Shown here: piece by piece, positions 1-8,202 of the stretch
How the letters are laid out: each line of letters opens with the position of its first letter
Numbering within the stretch: the stretch's first letter is position 1
NCBI GenBank assembly: GCA_043739185.1
Contig: JAYUEN010000262.1
Span: 1 to 14,508 of the forward strand
From: Bdellovibrionales bacterium
GTDB lineage: Bacteria; Bdellovibrionota; Bdellovibrionia; Bdellovibrionales; JAMPXM01
DNA: 14,508 nucleotides
Direction: 5' to 3'
The notes under the pieces: generated by a model
The model's input: the letters and a program-made list of their open reading frames with translations, nothing else
What the model was told of the DNA's origin: nothing
Databases searched by the model: none
Position numbers and translations under genes: made by a program

Positions 1-108
1 CTCGGCGCTTAAGTCCAAGAGTTCGAGTGTGCAGGATTTCAATTGTCCGATAAGGGCCAAACAAATTGCGATCTTGACCACTGCTGCAAAAAAGCGAACG
101 AGTTCCAT
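1..108 (-). CDS. Small hypothetical protein with hydrophobic N-terminus, 5' part only (runs off left edge)
   Basis: GGAGG (120-116) lies 7 nt before ATG (108). The frame is open to the window edge: MELVRFFAAVVKIAICLALIGQLKSCTLELLDLSAE... Not in the ORF track because it is truncated. Confidence 0.6.
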   Translation of the reverse strand, partial: MELVRFFAAVVKIAICLALIGQLKSCTLELLDLSAE

Positions 109-154
109 AAACGATCCTCCATTTGGTAAAATGAAAATCGCCCTCTGAAATTGC

Positions 155-216
155 TTGTAGCAAAAGTTGTAGCAAACTGTAGCAAGACAATGAAATGGTG
201 AGAAATTGTGAGAAAT
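155..216. repeat. Phased short direct repeats (candidate integrase arm / directionality-factor sites)
   Basis: TGTAGCAA x3 at 156-163, 168-175, 178-185; GTGAGAAAT x2 at 198-206, 208-216. Periods are 10-12 bp, located ~95-155 bp beyond the tRNA-Tyr 3' end. Confidence 0.65.
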
Positions 217-309
217 GTCTCAACCAAAACTGCATGGCCCCCGTCGGGGTTTTAAGTACTTAATGCGCTTGTATATTTTTGTTTGTGAGTGATTTCACGG
301 AAATTAGAA

Positions 310-394
310 TGGTGGAGAGGGCAGGATTCGAACCTGCGAAGGCAGAGCCAGAAGATTTACAGTCTTCCCCCGTTGGCCACTTGGGTACCTCTCC
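310..394 (-). tRNA. tRNA-Tyr(GUA)
   Basis: Cloverleaf GGAGAGG...CCUCUCC-A-CCA, anticodon arm GAAGA-CU-GUA-AA-UCUUC, long variable arm, T arm GCAGG-UUCGAAU-CCUGC; CCA encoded. Confidence 0.97.
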
Positions 395-416
395 CTGAGG
401 AATTTTCGAAAAAGAT

Positions 417-489
417 AGCTGGCAATGGGACTCGAACCCGCAACCTGCTGATTACAAATCAGCTGCTCTACCAATTGAGCTATGCCAGC
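417..489 (-). tRNA. tRNA-Thr(UGU)
   Basis: GCUGGCA...UGCCAGC-U acceptor stem, D arm GCUC-AAUUGGUA-GAGC, anticodon arm GCUGA-UU-UGU-AA-UCAGC, UUCGAGU T loop; CCA not encoded. Confidence 0.96.
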
Positions 490-547
490 ATTCAATAAGC
501 TCGAAAGAACCTAAATGAATACTTTACCTCAAAGAACTCAGTCAAAG

Positions 548-1477
548 CTAATCTTTGGAAGCTCTAAGATTCTTCTTTTGTTTGATCTTCTGACTGCTCT
601 GGCGCGCGGATTCGGCCATAGCAATTGCCGCCGCTATGCCGGCATTATAACTTGAGCCGGTTTCAGCTTGCGGAATGCACACTAATTCATCACAGAACTT
701 CTCAGTTGAGGTTCGAAGCCCACTCGCCTCATTCCCTACCACCCAAAGGACTTTCTCAGGCAAATTGAGGTCCCAGATGGTTTTGTCGCCCTTTTCAGAG
801 AGTCCAAATATCCAGTAGCCCATTTCTTTGATTTGTTTGAATTCAGCGCCCATATTTGAAACGGATTCAATTGCGATGTGTTCGGCCCCACCGCTTGCAA
901 CTTTTGAAACTGTTGGAGTCAAACCCGCAGCGCGGTCCTGAGGAACTAAAATTCCGTCAATGCTCATCAACCAACTGGTCCTTAAAATCGAACCCAGATT
1001 TTGAGGATCTTCAAGGCCATCGAGTGCTAAAAGTACCGAATGCTCTTTGGTTTTAAGGCCCTCCCAATCAATTTCAGGTCTTCCTGAAACCACCAAGAGG
1101 ATGCCTTGATGGCCGCCTCCGGCTTGAGCTGCCGAAAGTAGTCCATCGATTTGACCGCCGGTCTTTTCTTGGATTTGAACATCATTGTAGCCAGCAAGCT
1201 CATGAAGCTCTTTGAGCTGAGCACTCTCGCTCCAGTCATCCCGAATGAGCATTCGCTTCACTGCAAAAGGCCTCATTTTTAAAGCCTCTGTGGCTGCGTG
1301 AATGCCAATAACCCATCGACCCATTTTGATCAATTGATCGAGTTCCGAAGATTTCTGTTTGGTTTTATCAAGGCTTTTTGGCGCAGGCCTCGCCCCTGCT
1401 TTAGGAACAAATTTCTTTTTGTGCTGAGAATCAGGATCGCGATTCTTAGGTGGATGCGGATAAAAACTTTTTTTCAT
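548..1477 (-). CDS. rlmB: 23S rRNA (guanosine-2'-O)-methyltransferase RlmB / TrmH-SpoU family
   Basis: GIHA..EAL N-domain, HQGI, LDGLEDPQNLGSILRT, VVGNEASGLR, IPQ....SYN SPOUT motifs; basic N-terminal extension. Confidence 0.9.
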   Translation of the reverse strand: MKKSFYPHPPKNRDPDSQHKKKFVPKAGARPAPKSLDKTKQKSSELDQLIKMGRWVIGIHAATEALKMRPFAVKRMLIRDDWSESAQLKELHELAGYNDVQIQEKTGGQIDGLLSAAQAGGGHQGILLVVSGRPEIDWEGLKTKEHSVLLALDGLEDPQNLGSILRTSWLMSIDGILVPQDRAAGLTPTVSKVASGGAEHIAIESVSNMGAEFKQIKEMGYWIFGLSEKGDKTIWDLNLPEKVLWVVGNEASGLRTSTEKFCDELVCIPQAETGSSYNAGIAAAIAMAESARQSSQKIKQKKNLRASKD

Positions 1478-1488
1478 AACTCAACCTT

Positions 1489-2202
1489 TTATAATTCTCG
1501 CGAATTTATACTTTCTAATATCTCAACTAATTTAGCTTTCGGATCCTTTGCCTTAAGCAAACTTCGACCAACTACAAGCGCCGAGGCACCTTCATTTAAG
1601 GCTTGATTTGGAGTCATCACTCGCACTTGATCACCGGCATCGTCTCCTGGCATACGAACTCCTGGAGTCACCAAAAATCGATCTGCTCCACCCGCCCGCA
1701 ATGACTTTACTTCATGAGGCGAGCAAACAAAACTTGAATGCCCTACTCCACTTGCCATCGCAACCAATTTTTCAACTTGATCAGAAATTGCAAACTGATC
1801 ACAAGGCGGCGGCAACGACTTTTGTTCAAAACTTGTCAAAATACTAACCACCAAAATCTTAAATCTGCGTTTTTCATTGAGCTCTTTTTCGGTCTGAGCA
1901 AGCAGCTTCAAAGCATCTACACCTGCCCAAGCATGAACCGTTGCAAAACTCGCCCCGGCTTCAAAACTGGCTCGCACTGCTGCATCCATAGTAGAGGGTA
2001 TATCGAGAAATTTACAGTCGACAAAAATTGGTGCAAGTGCCGAGAGCTCTTGCACTAAGGTCGCACCGTATTTGAGAAGCAATCTCGGACCCAATTTGAT
2101 AGCGCCCACTTGATTTCCCAAATGTTTCGCGAAATGAGAACACTCCTCACGAGTGTCCACATCCAAGGCGAGCATAAGAGGATTTCTCATCTGTTGAATC
2201 AT
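1489..2202 (-). CDS. pyrF: Orotidine-5'-phosphate decarboxylase
   Basis: LALD, KLG, FVDCKFLDIPST (DxKxxDIPxT), TVHA, VTPGVR, DQVRVMTP, LVVGRS motifs. Confidence 0.95.
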   Translation of the reverse strand: MIQQMRNPLMLALDVDTREECSHFAKHLGNQVGAIKLGPRLLLKYGATLVQELSALAPIFVDCKFLDIPSTMDAAVRASFEAGASFATVHAWAGVDALKLLAQTEKELNEKRRFKILVVSILTSFEQKSLPPPCDQFAISDQVEKLVAMASGVGHSSFVCSPHEVKSLRAGGADRFLVTPGVRMPGDDAGDQVRVMTPNQALNEGASALVVGRSLLKAKDPKAKLVEILESINSREL

Positions 2203-3962
2203 AAAGTCATTCGAGGAGTCATTGCCGAACTCCTTCCGGCTCGAATGAAACTCATAGCTTCATCTACACATTGGGCCACTTGAATTTTTCGAGTTTCTTT
2301 GGTTTGCCTAATTACCAGCTCAAGCTCTCCGGACTTTAAAGCGCGCGCACCAACATTGATTCTTAAAGGTGCACCAATTAAGTCTGCGTCTTTGAATTTA
2401 ACTCCAGCACGCTCATCGCGGTCATCCAAAAGACAATCCACACCATGCGACTTCAATTCAGAGTAAATAATTTCAGCGGCTTGTTTTACTTCCTCATCTA
2501 AGGGATCAAGTAGGCAAATATGTATTTGAATGGGCGCAATTGAAAGTGGCCAGATGATACCATCTTTATCATGTGACTGTTCAATTGCCGCCTGAACTGT
2601 GCGCGTGATCCCAATCCCGTAGCAACCCATCTCCATAGGCTTTGAAGTACCATCTTGCGCCAGAAAACTGGCATTCATGGCAATTGAATATTTGGTACCA
2701 AGATAAAATACATGACCCACTTCAATTCCGCGAACGGATTGCAGACTGCCTTCACACTTCGGACAACGATCGCCCTCACGAGTTAATCGCAGATCGGCAA
2801 TTTGAGTGATCTTAAAATCGCGATTGAAATTTACATTGCGCATATGAAAGCCATCTTTATTTGCGCCCACAATAAAATTCTTAAAGCCCGAAACGCCAGT
2901 GTCGGCATAGATCGGAATTTGCAGTCCCACTGGGCCACAACTTCCGGGATAAGCGCCGGTTGTCTCTTGCACCTCTTTGTCGGTCAACATCAGCGGAGGA
3001 TTTGAAAGGCCCAATAGATTCTTCAACTTAACCGGATTGAGCTCATCATTTCCTCGAAGCAAAATGGCAACTGGCTTGATTCCTAATTTCGGATCACCTT
3101 CATTGCTTGCAAAAAACAAAGTTTTAACCAATTCGTTTTCAGGAATATTCAAAGCTTTTGAAAGCGAAGAGATTTGTTTGAGTCCCGGTGTCGCAAAAGT
3201 TTCGAGTGCTTTTTCAGAATCATGAGAATCTTTTTTGATGCGATCAAGAGCCGGAGCCACTTCGATATTGGCTGCGAAATCACATTTGTTACAAACCATC
3301 AAGTGATCTTCACCGGCATCTGCCAAAACCTGAAACTCATGCGTTTGACTGCCGCCGATATTACCGGCATCTGCTTGAACTATGCGATACTTAAGGCCCA
3401 AGCGATCAAAAATAGCACAATAGGCATCATACATCAGCTGATAGGTTTTGAGCGCCCCTTCACTATTTTCATCAAAGCTATAGGCATCTTTCATTATGAA
3501 TTCACGGCACCTCATCAGCCCAAAGCGAGGTCTTATTTCATCACGGTATTTTGTCTGAATTTGATAGAGATTAAACGGCAAGTCGCGATAACTTTTAACG
3601 TCTTTGCGAACATAATCGGTTACGACTTCTTCGTGGGTTGCCCCCAAGACAAAAGCTTGATCATTGCGATTTTTAAATTTCAATAGACCCGCACCCATTT
3701 GCTCATAGCGGCCGGTTTCTTGCCATAATTCAGCGGGCTGCACCATCGGCATTAAGATTTCTTGTGCCCCTCTTTTATTGAGTTCTTCGCGCACAATATT
3801 TTCAAATTTGCGAATCGCCCTTAGGCCCAATGTTCCGTAGCTGTAAATCCCAGGAGCCACCTTTCGAATAAGTCCGGCCCGCATCATCAACTTATGACTA
3901 TCAATCTCAGCATCGGCTGGTGCATCTCTTAATGTGAACAAAAATGATTTAGACCATCTCAT
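2199..3962 (-). CDS. proS: Proline--tRNA ligase (bacterial type with INS editing domain)
   Basis: MRWS..F..TLR, LGATHEE, QIQTKYRDEIRPRFGLMR, GIEVGHVFYLGTKYS, MGCYGIG, DDRDERAGVKFKDADLIG. Confidence 0.98.
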   Translation of the reverse strand: MRWSKSFLFTLRDAPADAEIDSHKLMMRAGLIRKVAPGIYSYGTLGLRAIRKFENIVREELNKRGAQEILMPMVQPAELWQETGRYEQMGAGLLKFKNRNDQAFVLGATHEEVVTDYVRKDVKSYRDLPFNLYQIQTKYRDEIRPRFGLMRCREFIMKDAYSFDENSEGALKTYQLMYDAYCAIFDRLGLKYRIVQADAGNIGGSQTHEFQVLADAGEDHLMVCNKCDFAANIEVAPALDRIKKDSHDSEKALETFATPGLKQISSLSKALNIPENELVKTLFFASNEGDPKLGIKPVAILLRGNDELNPVKLKNLLGLSNPPLMLTDKEVQETTGAYPGSCGPVGLQIPIYADTGVSGFKNFIVGANKDGFHMRNVNFNRDFKITQIADLRLTREGDRCPKCEGSLQSVRGIEVGHVFYLGTKYSIAMNASFLAQDGTSKPMEMGCYGIGITRTVQAAIEQSHDKDGIIWPLSIAPIQIHICLLDPLDEEVKQAAEIIYSELKSHGVDCLLDDRDERAGVKFKDADLIGAPLRINVGARALKSGELELVIRQTKETRKIQVAQCVDEAMSFIRAGRSSAMTPRMTL

Positions 3963-3975
3963 ACTCTTCTACTTT

Positions 3976-5382
3976 CTATGAAATCTCTTCGACGTCGATA
4001 CTATAGGTTTTAATTTTACGATGTAAATAACTTCTTTCTAAACCAATGACTTCTGCAGTTTTCGAAATATTGCCCTTGTTTTCAGAAATTTTGCGCGCGA
4101 GATATTCTCTCTCAAATTTTGCGCGCGCCTCTCTGAAATTAGCCATATCATCAAAAACTTCTTCTTTTTCGGACAGGCTCAAGCCAGCAAATTTCAAATC
4201 ATGCAGATCAACGAAATCACCTGGCGTGAGAATATATAGTCGTTCAATAAAATTTCTGAGCTCGCGAACATTTCCCGGCCAAGCATAATGCATCATTTTT
4301 TGCATCGCCTTTTCTGAAATGAGCTTTCGGCGGTAGGCTCCGTCTTTGGCGAATTGCTCATTGAAGTGAGATATGAGCGCCGGCACATCCGCCAATCGCT
4401 CTCGCAAAGCGGGCACATAAAATGGGATGACATTGAGTCGATAGTAAAGGTCTTCTCTAAAGCGACCCTCTTTAATTTCAACTTCTAAATTTTTGTTGGT
4501 GGCGGCAATCACTCGAACATCTACTTCAACATTGTCTTCCCCACCCACACGTGTGAATCTTCGCTCCTGTAAAATTCGTAGAATTTTAGCTTGTGTCTTA
4601 AGACTCATATCTGCAATTTCGTCTAGAAAAATGGTGCCACCATTGGCGAGATCAAATTTTCCTTTTTTCATTTTGTCCGCACCTGTGAAAGCGCCTTTTT
4701 CATAACCAAAAAGTTCGCTTTCAATCAATTCCTCAGGAATCGCGGCGCAATTGACCTCAACAAAGGTTTTGCTCGCGCGCGCTGAAAGAAAGTGAATATT
4801 CTGCGCAACGAGTTCTTTGCCCGTGCCATTTTCGCCGGTGATGAGTGCCCACGACGAGCTCGCACTCACTCGTGAAATCATTTGCTTGAGCGCCACCATA
4901 TTTGGGCAGTCCCCAACAATTGCGATATTCTTTCTCAGCTTTGTCAGCAAGGCATTTTTGTCGCCACGCTCATCTTGAAAAGAAAAAATATTATTAAGTA
5001 AAATAATGATCTTATCGATTGAAAGTGGTTTTTCAACAAAATCCCATGCGCCCAATTTAGTTGCCTTGACTGCCGTTTCAATGGTCCCGTGACCGGACAT
5101 AATAATAAATTCGGCAGTCACATTTTTAGATTTCGCTGCTTTTAGTACTTCAATTCCATCTAATTTACCTGGCATCCAAATATCAAGTAAAACGACATGG
5201 GGTTTAAACTCCTCAATAACTCGCAAGGCTTCTTCACCGGATTTTGCGGTTTTGATCAATTGGTAGCCCTCATCTGCAAGGCTGGCACTTAAGACCTCTC
5301 GAATTGGAGCTTCATCATCGGTAATTAAAATTCTACGTTGACTCTTTTCTTGAATGTTTTCTGGGATATTTTGCATCCTCAT
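3976..5382 (-). CDS. ntrX: Sigma54-dependent response regulator, NtrX-like (REC-AAA+-HTH)
   Basis: ILITDDE, LLDIWMP, SGHGTIETAVKAT, GENGTGKE, ESELFGYEKGAFTGA, WPGNVRELRN, Fis-type HTH. The second ATG (5376) is better spaced from AGGAG and may be the true start. Confidence 0.88.
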   Translation of the reverse strand: MRMQNIPENIQEKSQRRILITDDEAPIREVLSASLADEGYQLIKTAKSGEEALRVIEEFKPHVVLLDIWMPGKLDGIEVLKAAKSKNVTAEFIIMSGHGTIETAVKATKLGAWDFVEKPLSIDKIIILLNNIFSFQDERGDKNALLTKLRKNIAIVGDCPNMVALKQMISRVSASSSWALITGENGTGKELVAQNIHFLSARASKTFVEVNCAAIPEELIESELFGYEKGAFTGADKMKKGKFDLANGGTIFLDEIADMSLKTQAKILRILQERRFTRVGGEDNVEVDVRVIAATNKNLEVEIKEGRFREDLYYRLNVIPFYVPALRERLADVPALISHFNEQFAKDGAYRRKLISEKAMQKMMHYAWPGNVRELRNFIERLYILTPGDFVDLHDLKFAGLSLSEKEEVFDDMANFREARAKFEREYLARKISENKGNISKTAEVIGLERSYLHRKIKTYSIDVEEIS

Positions 5383-7733
5383 ACTCCTTTGGAATCTTTA
5401 GTAGGTTCGCTTTCAATAAATTCAATTTTTCGAATCGATTCTGCCGTCTTTTTATTTTGTGCAATTATGGTTTGGGTCTCAACCACCGGCAATTCAATAA
5501 TGATTTTCGTGCCCGAAGCTTCGTTCGGAAGCGCGCGAATGAAACCATTGTGATCTTCAATAATGCGTTTAACAATTGCCAGACCAAGCCCGGTGCCCGC
5601 GTCTTTGGTACTAAAATAGGGCTCAAAAATTCGACTGCGATTTTCCTCGCCAATACCGCTGCCATTGTCTGCAATTGTAAGTCTCACCAATCTCAGTTGT
5701 GAGTCGTACTGGGTACGAACCACTATCTTGGGCTGCGGATGGTGCGCGGTTGCAGCAATCGCATTGTCTACAATATTAACTATGACTCGCTTCATCTGAT
5801 CCGCATCAAAAATAAACTTGGGTAAATTTTGATCTTCTTCAAATGTCAGATCGAGATCCTTATGTGCTGTTCTAAACAAAAGCAAAGCATCATCGACAGT
5901 TTTGTGAAGTGAAGACAAACTCAAGCGGAGCTGTGGTAGCCTTGCAAAATTATGAAATTCATTTACCAAGGCCTTCAATTCATCCGTCTGCTGAATAATC
6001 ATATTGGTACAAGTTTCAAATGCCGGGTCTTGAATTTGTGCTCCAAATTTTTTCTGAAGTCTTTGCGCCGACAATTTAATCGGAGTTAATGGGTTTTTAA
6101 TTTCATGCGCAATCCGTCTCGCCACTTCGGTCCAGGCCGCAGCTCTTTGCGCATTGATCACGGGAGTTAAATCATCAAAAACTATAACCTTACCAAGATC
6201 ATTTCCTTTTTCGTCCTGCAAAATCGACAAAGTAAGCTGAAATGGAATCGACCTACCCGCCAAATCAAGACGAATTTCTTTTTGTAAACTGCTCGCATTG
6301 TGCTCGCGCATTGATTTCAATAATTCTTTGAAGAGCTGATAATAATCTTTTGGCAGTACCGAACGAAGATGTCGACCGACAAATAATTCAGATTCAATTC
6401 CGAGAAGTTGTGATGCGTGACGATTCACTGTCGTGATCACCCCACCTTGATCAATTGAAATAACACCGGTGGTGACATTTGAAAGAACGACTTGCACATA
6501 TCTCGAATGCTCATCAAGACGTTCAAGGGTTTCTGTTAAATGCTGATTGGCCTGCAATACTTCTTTTTTGGAGCGATCAAGATGCACCATCATCTCATTA
6601 AAATTACCAATCAATTGATTCATTTCGGCACTGCCCGAAGTAATCGTAACCGCCTGATAATCTCCTTGCGACACTCGCTGCGTAGCCAAACCAAGGGATT
6701 CAATTGGCACCGAAAGCTGCCTTGCCAAGTAAAAGCCAAACCACGTCGCACACAATACAATCACCAAAGTCATAAGGACGAGTACAATGATATAAATCGA
6801 TTTCAAGGGATACTGCAAAGGATCTAAATTCTTCAATTCATCGTAGGCCGCCGTGATGCCGTCAATTTTTGAAATAAGAGAAAACGGAATAAAACTCGAA
6901 ACCACTACTGCCCCGTGAGTTCCGCCCACTGGCACAATCACTCGCACGAGATTTCCCTCACCAAATTCTTGAATGGTACTACCTTCGGAGTTTTGCATAA
7001 CCCCTTTTTTTAAAAACTCTACCGAGACCGAAGGGATGTTTGGGATCGATTCGTCCTTTGAAAGTACCAAGGATCTCTGTCCAAACATACTTGGGTAATA
7101 CTCGATAGCGTCGACCGCATAAATTTCGCGAAAGCTCTCCATTTGGCGCTCAATCTCTGATCGCGGGTGATTGAGTCTTAAATTGTGGGCCACTTGATTG
7201 GCGAAATGATAATTCTTCTTCTTTGCTGAAATAATATACTCTTGATTCACTTCAAGAGAATTCTTTAAAACGGATATGCTCTTAACCGAAAACCACTTAT
7301 CCAAACTGCTGTTGATATAAAACACAAAAATCATGAGCATCAAAGCCGTTGGAATCGAACTGAAGCTGACAAAGCTGACAATCAGTTTTGATTTGAGGGA
7401 ACTGCCAATCAATTTATTTTGGCGTTCGACAAAAACTTTCACGACATTTCTAAAGATCAAAAAGAACAGCAACAATACCAAGATGATATTAAAATTCACC
7501 AGACCGAAAAAGAAAATCGAATGCCCAAACGGCAACTGTTGACTAATCCCAGCTAAGCGAAATTCAAACAAAGTTAAGAACAGCAAGAGCCCAGACAAGA
7601 AAAACACTAGCAATATTTCTTTGCGCCTTTTTTTTGTTTCGACCAAGGTCGCACCAATAAGAGTGGATCCCAAAGTCGAACGGACTTCGGGATCACGGAT
7701 CTCAGCGGAATGATTGCTTTTGTCTTCTTTCAT
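5379..7733 (-). CDS. ntrY: Membrane sensor histidine kinase, NtrY-like (TM-HAMP-PAS-HisKA-HATPase)
   Basis: Three N-terminal TM segments with GSSLKSKL, a further TM plus HAMP, PAS (VLSNVTTGVISID), AAWTEVARRIAHEIKNPLTPI, DNGSGI, FEPYFSTK..GTGLGL; directly upstream of the NtrX-like gene. Confidence 0.88.
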   Translation of the reverse strand: MKEDKSNHSAEIRDPEVRSTLGSTLIGATLVETKKRRKEILLVFFLSGLLLFLTLFEFRLAGISQQLPFGHSIFFFGLVNFNIILVLLLFFLIFRNVVKVFVERQNKLIGSSLKSKLIVSFVSFSSIPTALMLMIFVFYINSSLDKWFSVKSISVLKNSLEVNQEYIISAKKKNYHFANQVAHNLRLNHPRSEIERQMESFREIYAVDAIEYYPSMFGQRSLVLSKDESIPNIPSVSVEFLKKGVMQNSEGSTIQEFGEGNLVRVIVPVGGTHGAVVVSSFIPFSLISKIDGITAAYDELKNLDPLQYPLKSIYIIVLVLMTLVIVLCATWFGFYLARQLSVPIESLGLATQRVSQGDYQAVTITSGSAEMNQLIGNFNEMMVHLDRSKKEVLQANQHLTETLERLDEHSRYVQVVLSNVTTGVISIDQGGVITTVNRHASQLLGIESELFVGRHLRSVLPKDYYQLFKELLKSMREHNASSLQKEIRLDLAGRSIPFQLTLSILQDEKGNDLGKVIVFDDLTPVINAQRAAAWTEVARRIAHEIKNPLTPIKLSAQRLQKKFGAQIQDPAFETCTNMIIQQTDELKALVNEFHNFARLPQLRLSLSSLHKTVDDALLLFRTAHKDLDLTFEEDQNLPKFIFDADQMKRVIVNIVDNAIAATAHHPQPKIVVRTQYDSQLRLVRLTIADNGSGIGEENRSRIFEPYFSTKDAGTGLGLAIVKRIIEDHNGFIRALPNEASGTKIIIELPVVETQTIIAQNKKTAESIRKIEFIESEPTKDSKGV

Positions 7734-7743
7734 ATTCTACTTT

Positions 7744-8202
7744 TTAATTTCGATTGCTTGCAATTTGCCGAAGCAGACCGAGCATTTCAATTGCCACTTG
7801 CGCAGCTTCAGAGCCTTTATTCCCATGTTTGCCACCGGCGCGATCCATGGCTTGCTCGTCGGTATCGGTAGTTAATACACCAAAGGCAACTGGCTTACTA
7901 AATTTCAATTGCAATTCTGTGCAACCACGTTCAACCGCATTGCAGACGAAATCATAATGACTGGTTTCACCTCTTATGACCGCACCCAACGCAATCACGG
8001 CATCGCAGCCGTTAGCCAAAAGCGCTTGTGCTGCTAGCGGAATTTCAAATGCGCCCGGAACTCTTACCGATACAATATTGGCGTCTTTGCAGCCCGCTTC
8101 TTTTAGGGTTGCGAGCGCTCCGGCTTGCAATTTATCGGTGACTTCTGCGTTGAATTTCGCGGTGACCACTCCAAATTTTGCAGATTCCAACTTAAGATTC
8201 AT
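7744..8202 (-). CDS. ribH: 6,7-dimethyl-8-ribityllumazine synthase
   Basis: AKFN, VPGAFEIP, LGAVIRGETSHYDFV, FGVLTTD, GNKGSEAA. Confidence 0.97.
   Translation of the reverse strand: MNLKLESAKFGVVTAKFNAEVTDKLQAGALATLKEAGCKDANIVSVRVPGAFEIPLAAQALLANGCDAVIALGAVIRGETSHYDFVCNAVERGCTELQLKFSKPVAFGVLTTDTDEQAMDRAGGKHGNKGSEAAQVAIEMLGLLRQIASNRN

Larger units (their letters stand above)
1..309. mobile_element. Putative edge (att junction) of an element integrated at tRNA-Tyr
   Basis: The Thr-Tyr cluster is not followed by the usual tRNA-Gly/Thr/tuf. Instead there are arm-site-like repeats, the palindrome TTAAGTACTTAA (252-263) and an unrelated small gene. No integrase is visible in the window. Confidence 0.45.

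Noticed and set aside
39..227. ORF-track 62-aa ORF
   Set aside because: Non-ATG start without an SD, runs through the repeat array, and overlaps the better-supported frame starting at 108.
236..253. GGCCCC-CGTC-GGGGTT hairpin with short T run as a terminator
   Set aside because: Short stem, only four T, and no plus-strand gene in the window to terminate.
417..445. C-A mismatch in the T stem and missing CCA in tRNA-Thr, suggesting a pseudogene
   Set aside because: All other arms are intact, CCA can be added enzymatically, and a single T-stem mismatch is tolerated.
289..498. ORF-track ORFs 289..498 (+) and 304..495 (-)
   Set aside because: Shadow ORFs across the two tRNA genes.
2740..3300. 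Two CxxC motifs in ProRS (CNKC, CPKC)
   Set aside because: Commonly seen flanking the INS domain in bacterial ProRS; not unusual.
7001..7635. Slippery or homopolymer runs in ntrY (TTTTTAAAAAAAGGGG near 7001-7016; A8 at 7628-7635)
   Set aside because: The frame is intact, such runs are expected in Lys-rich AT-biased coding sequence, and I saw no stimulatory structure or useful shifted frame.
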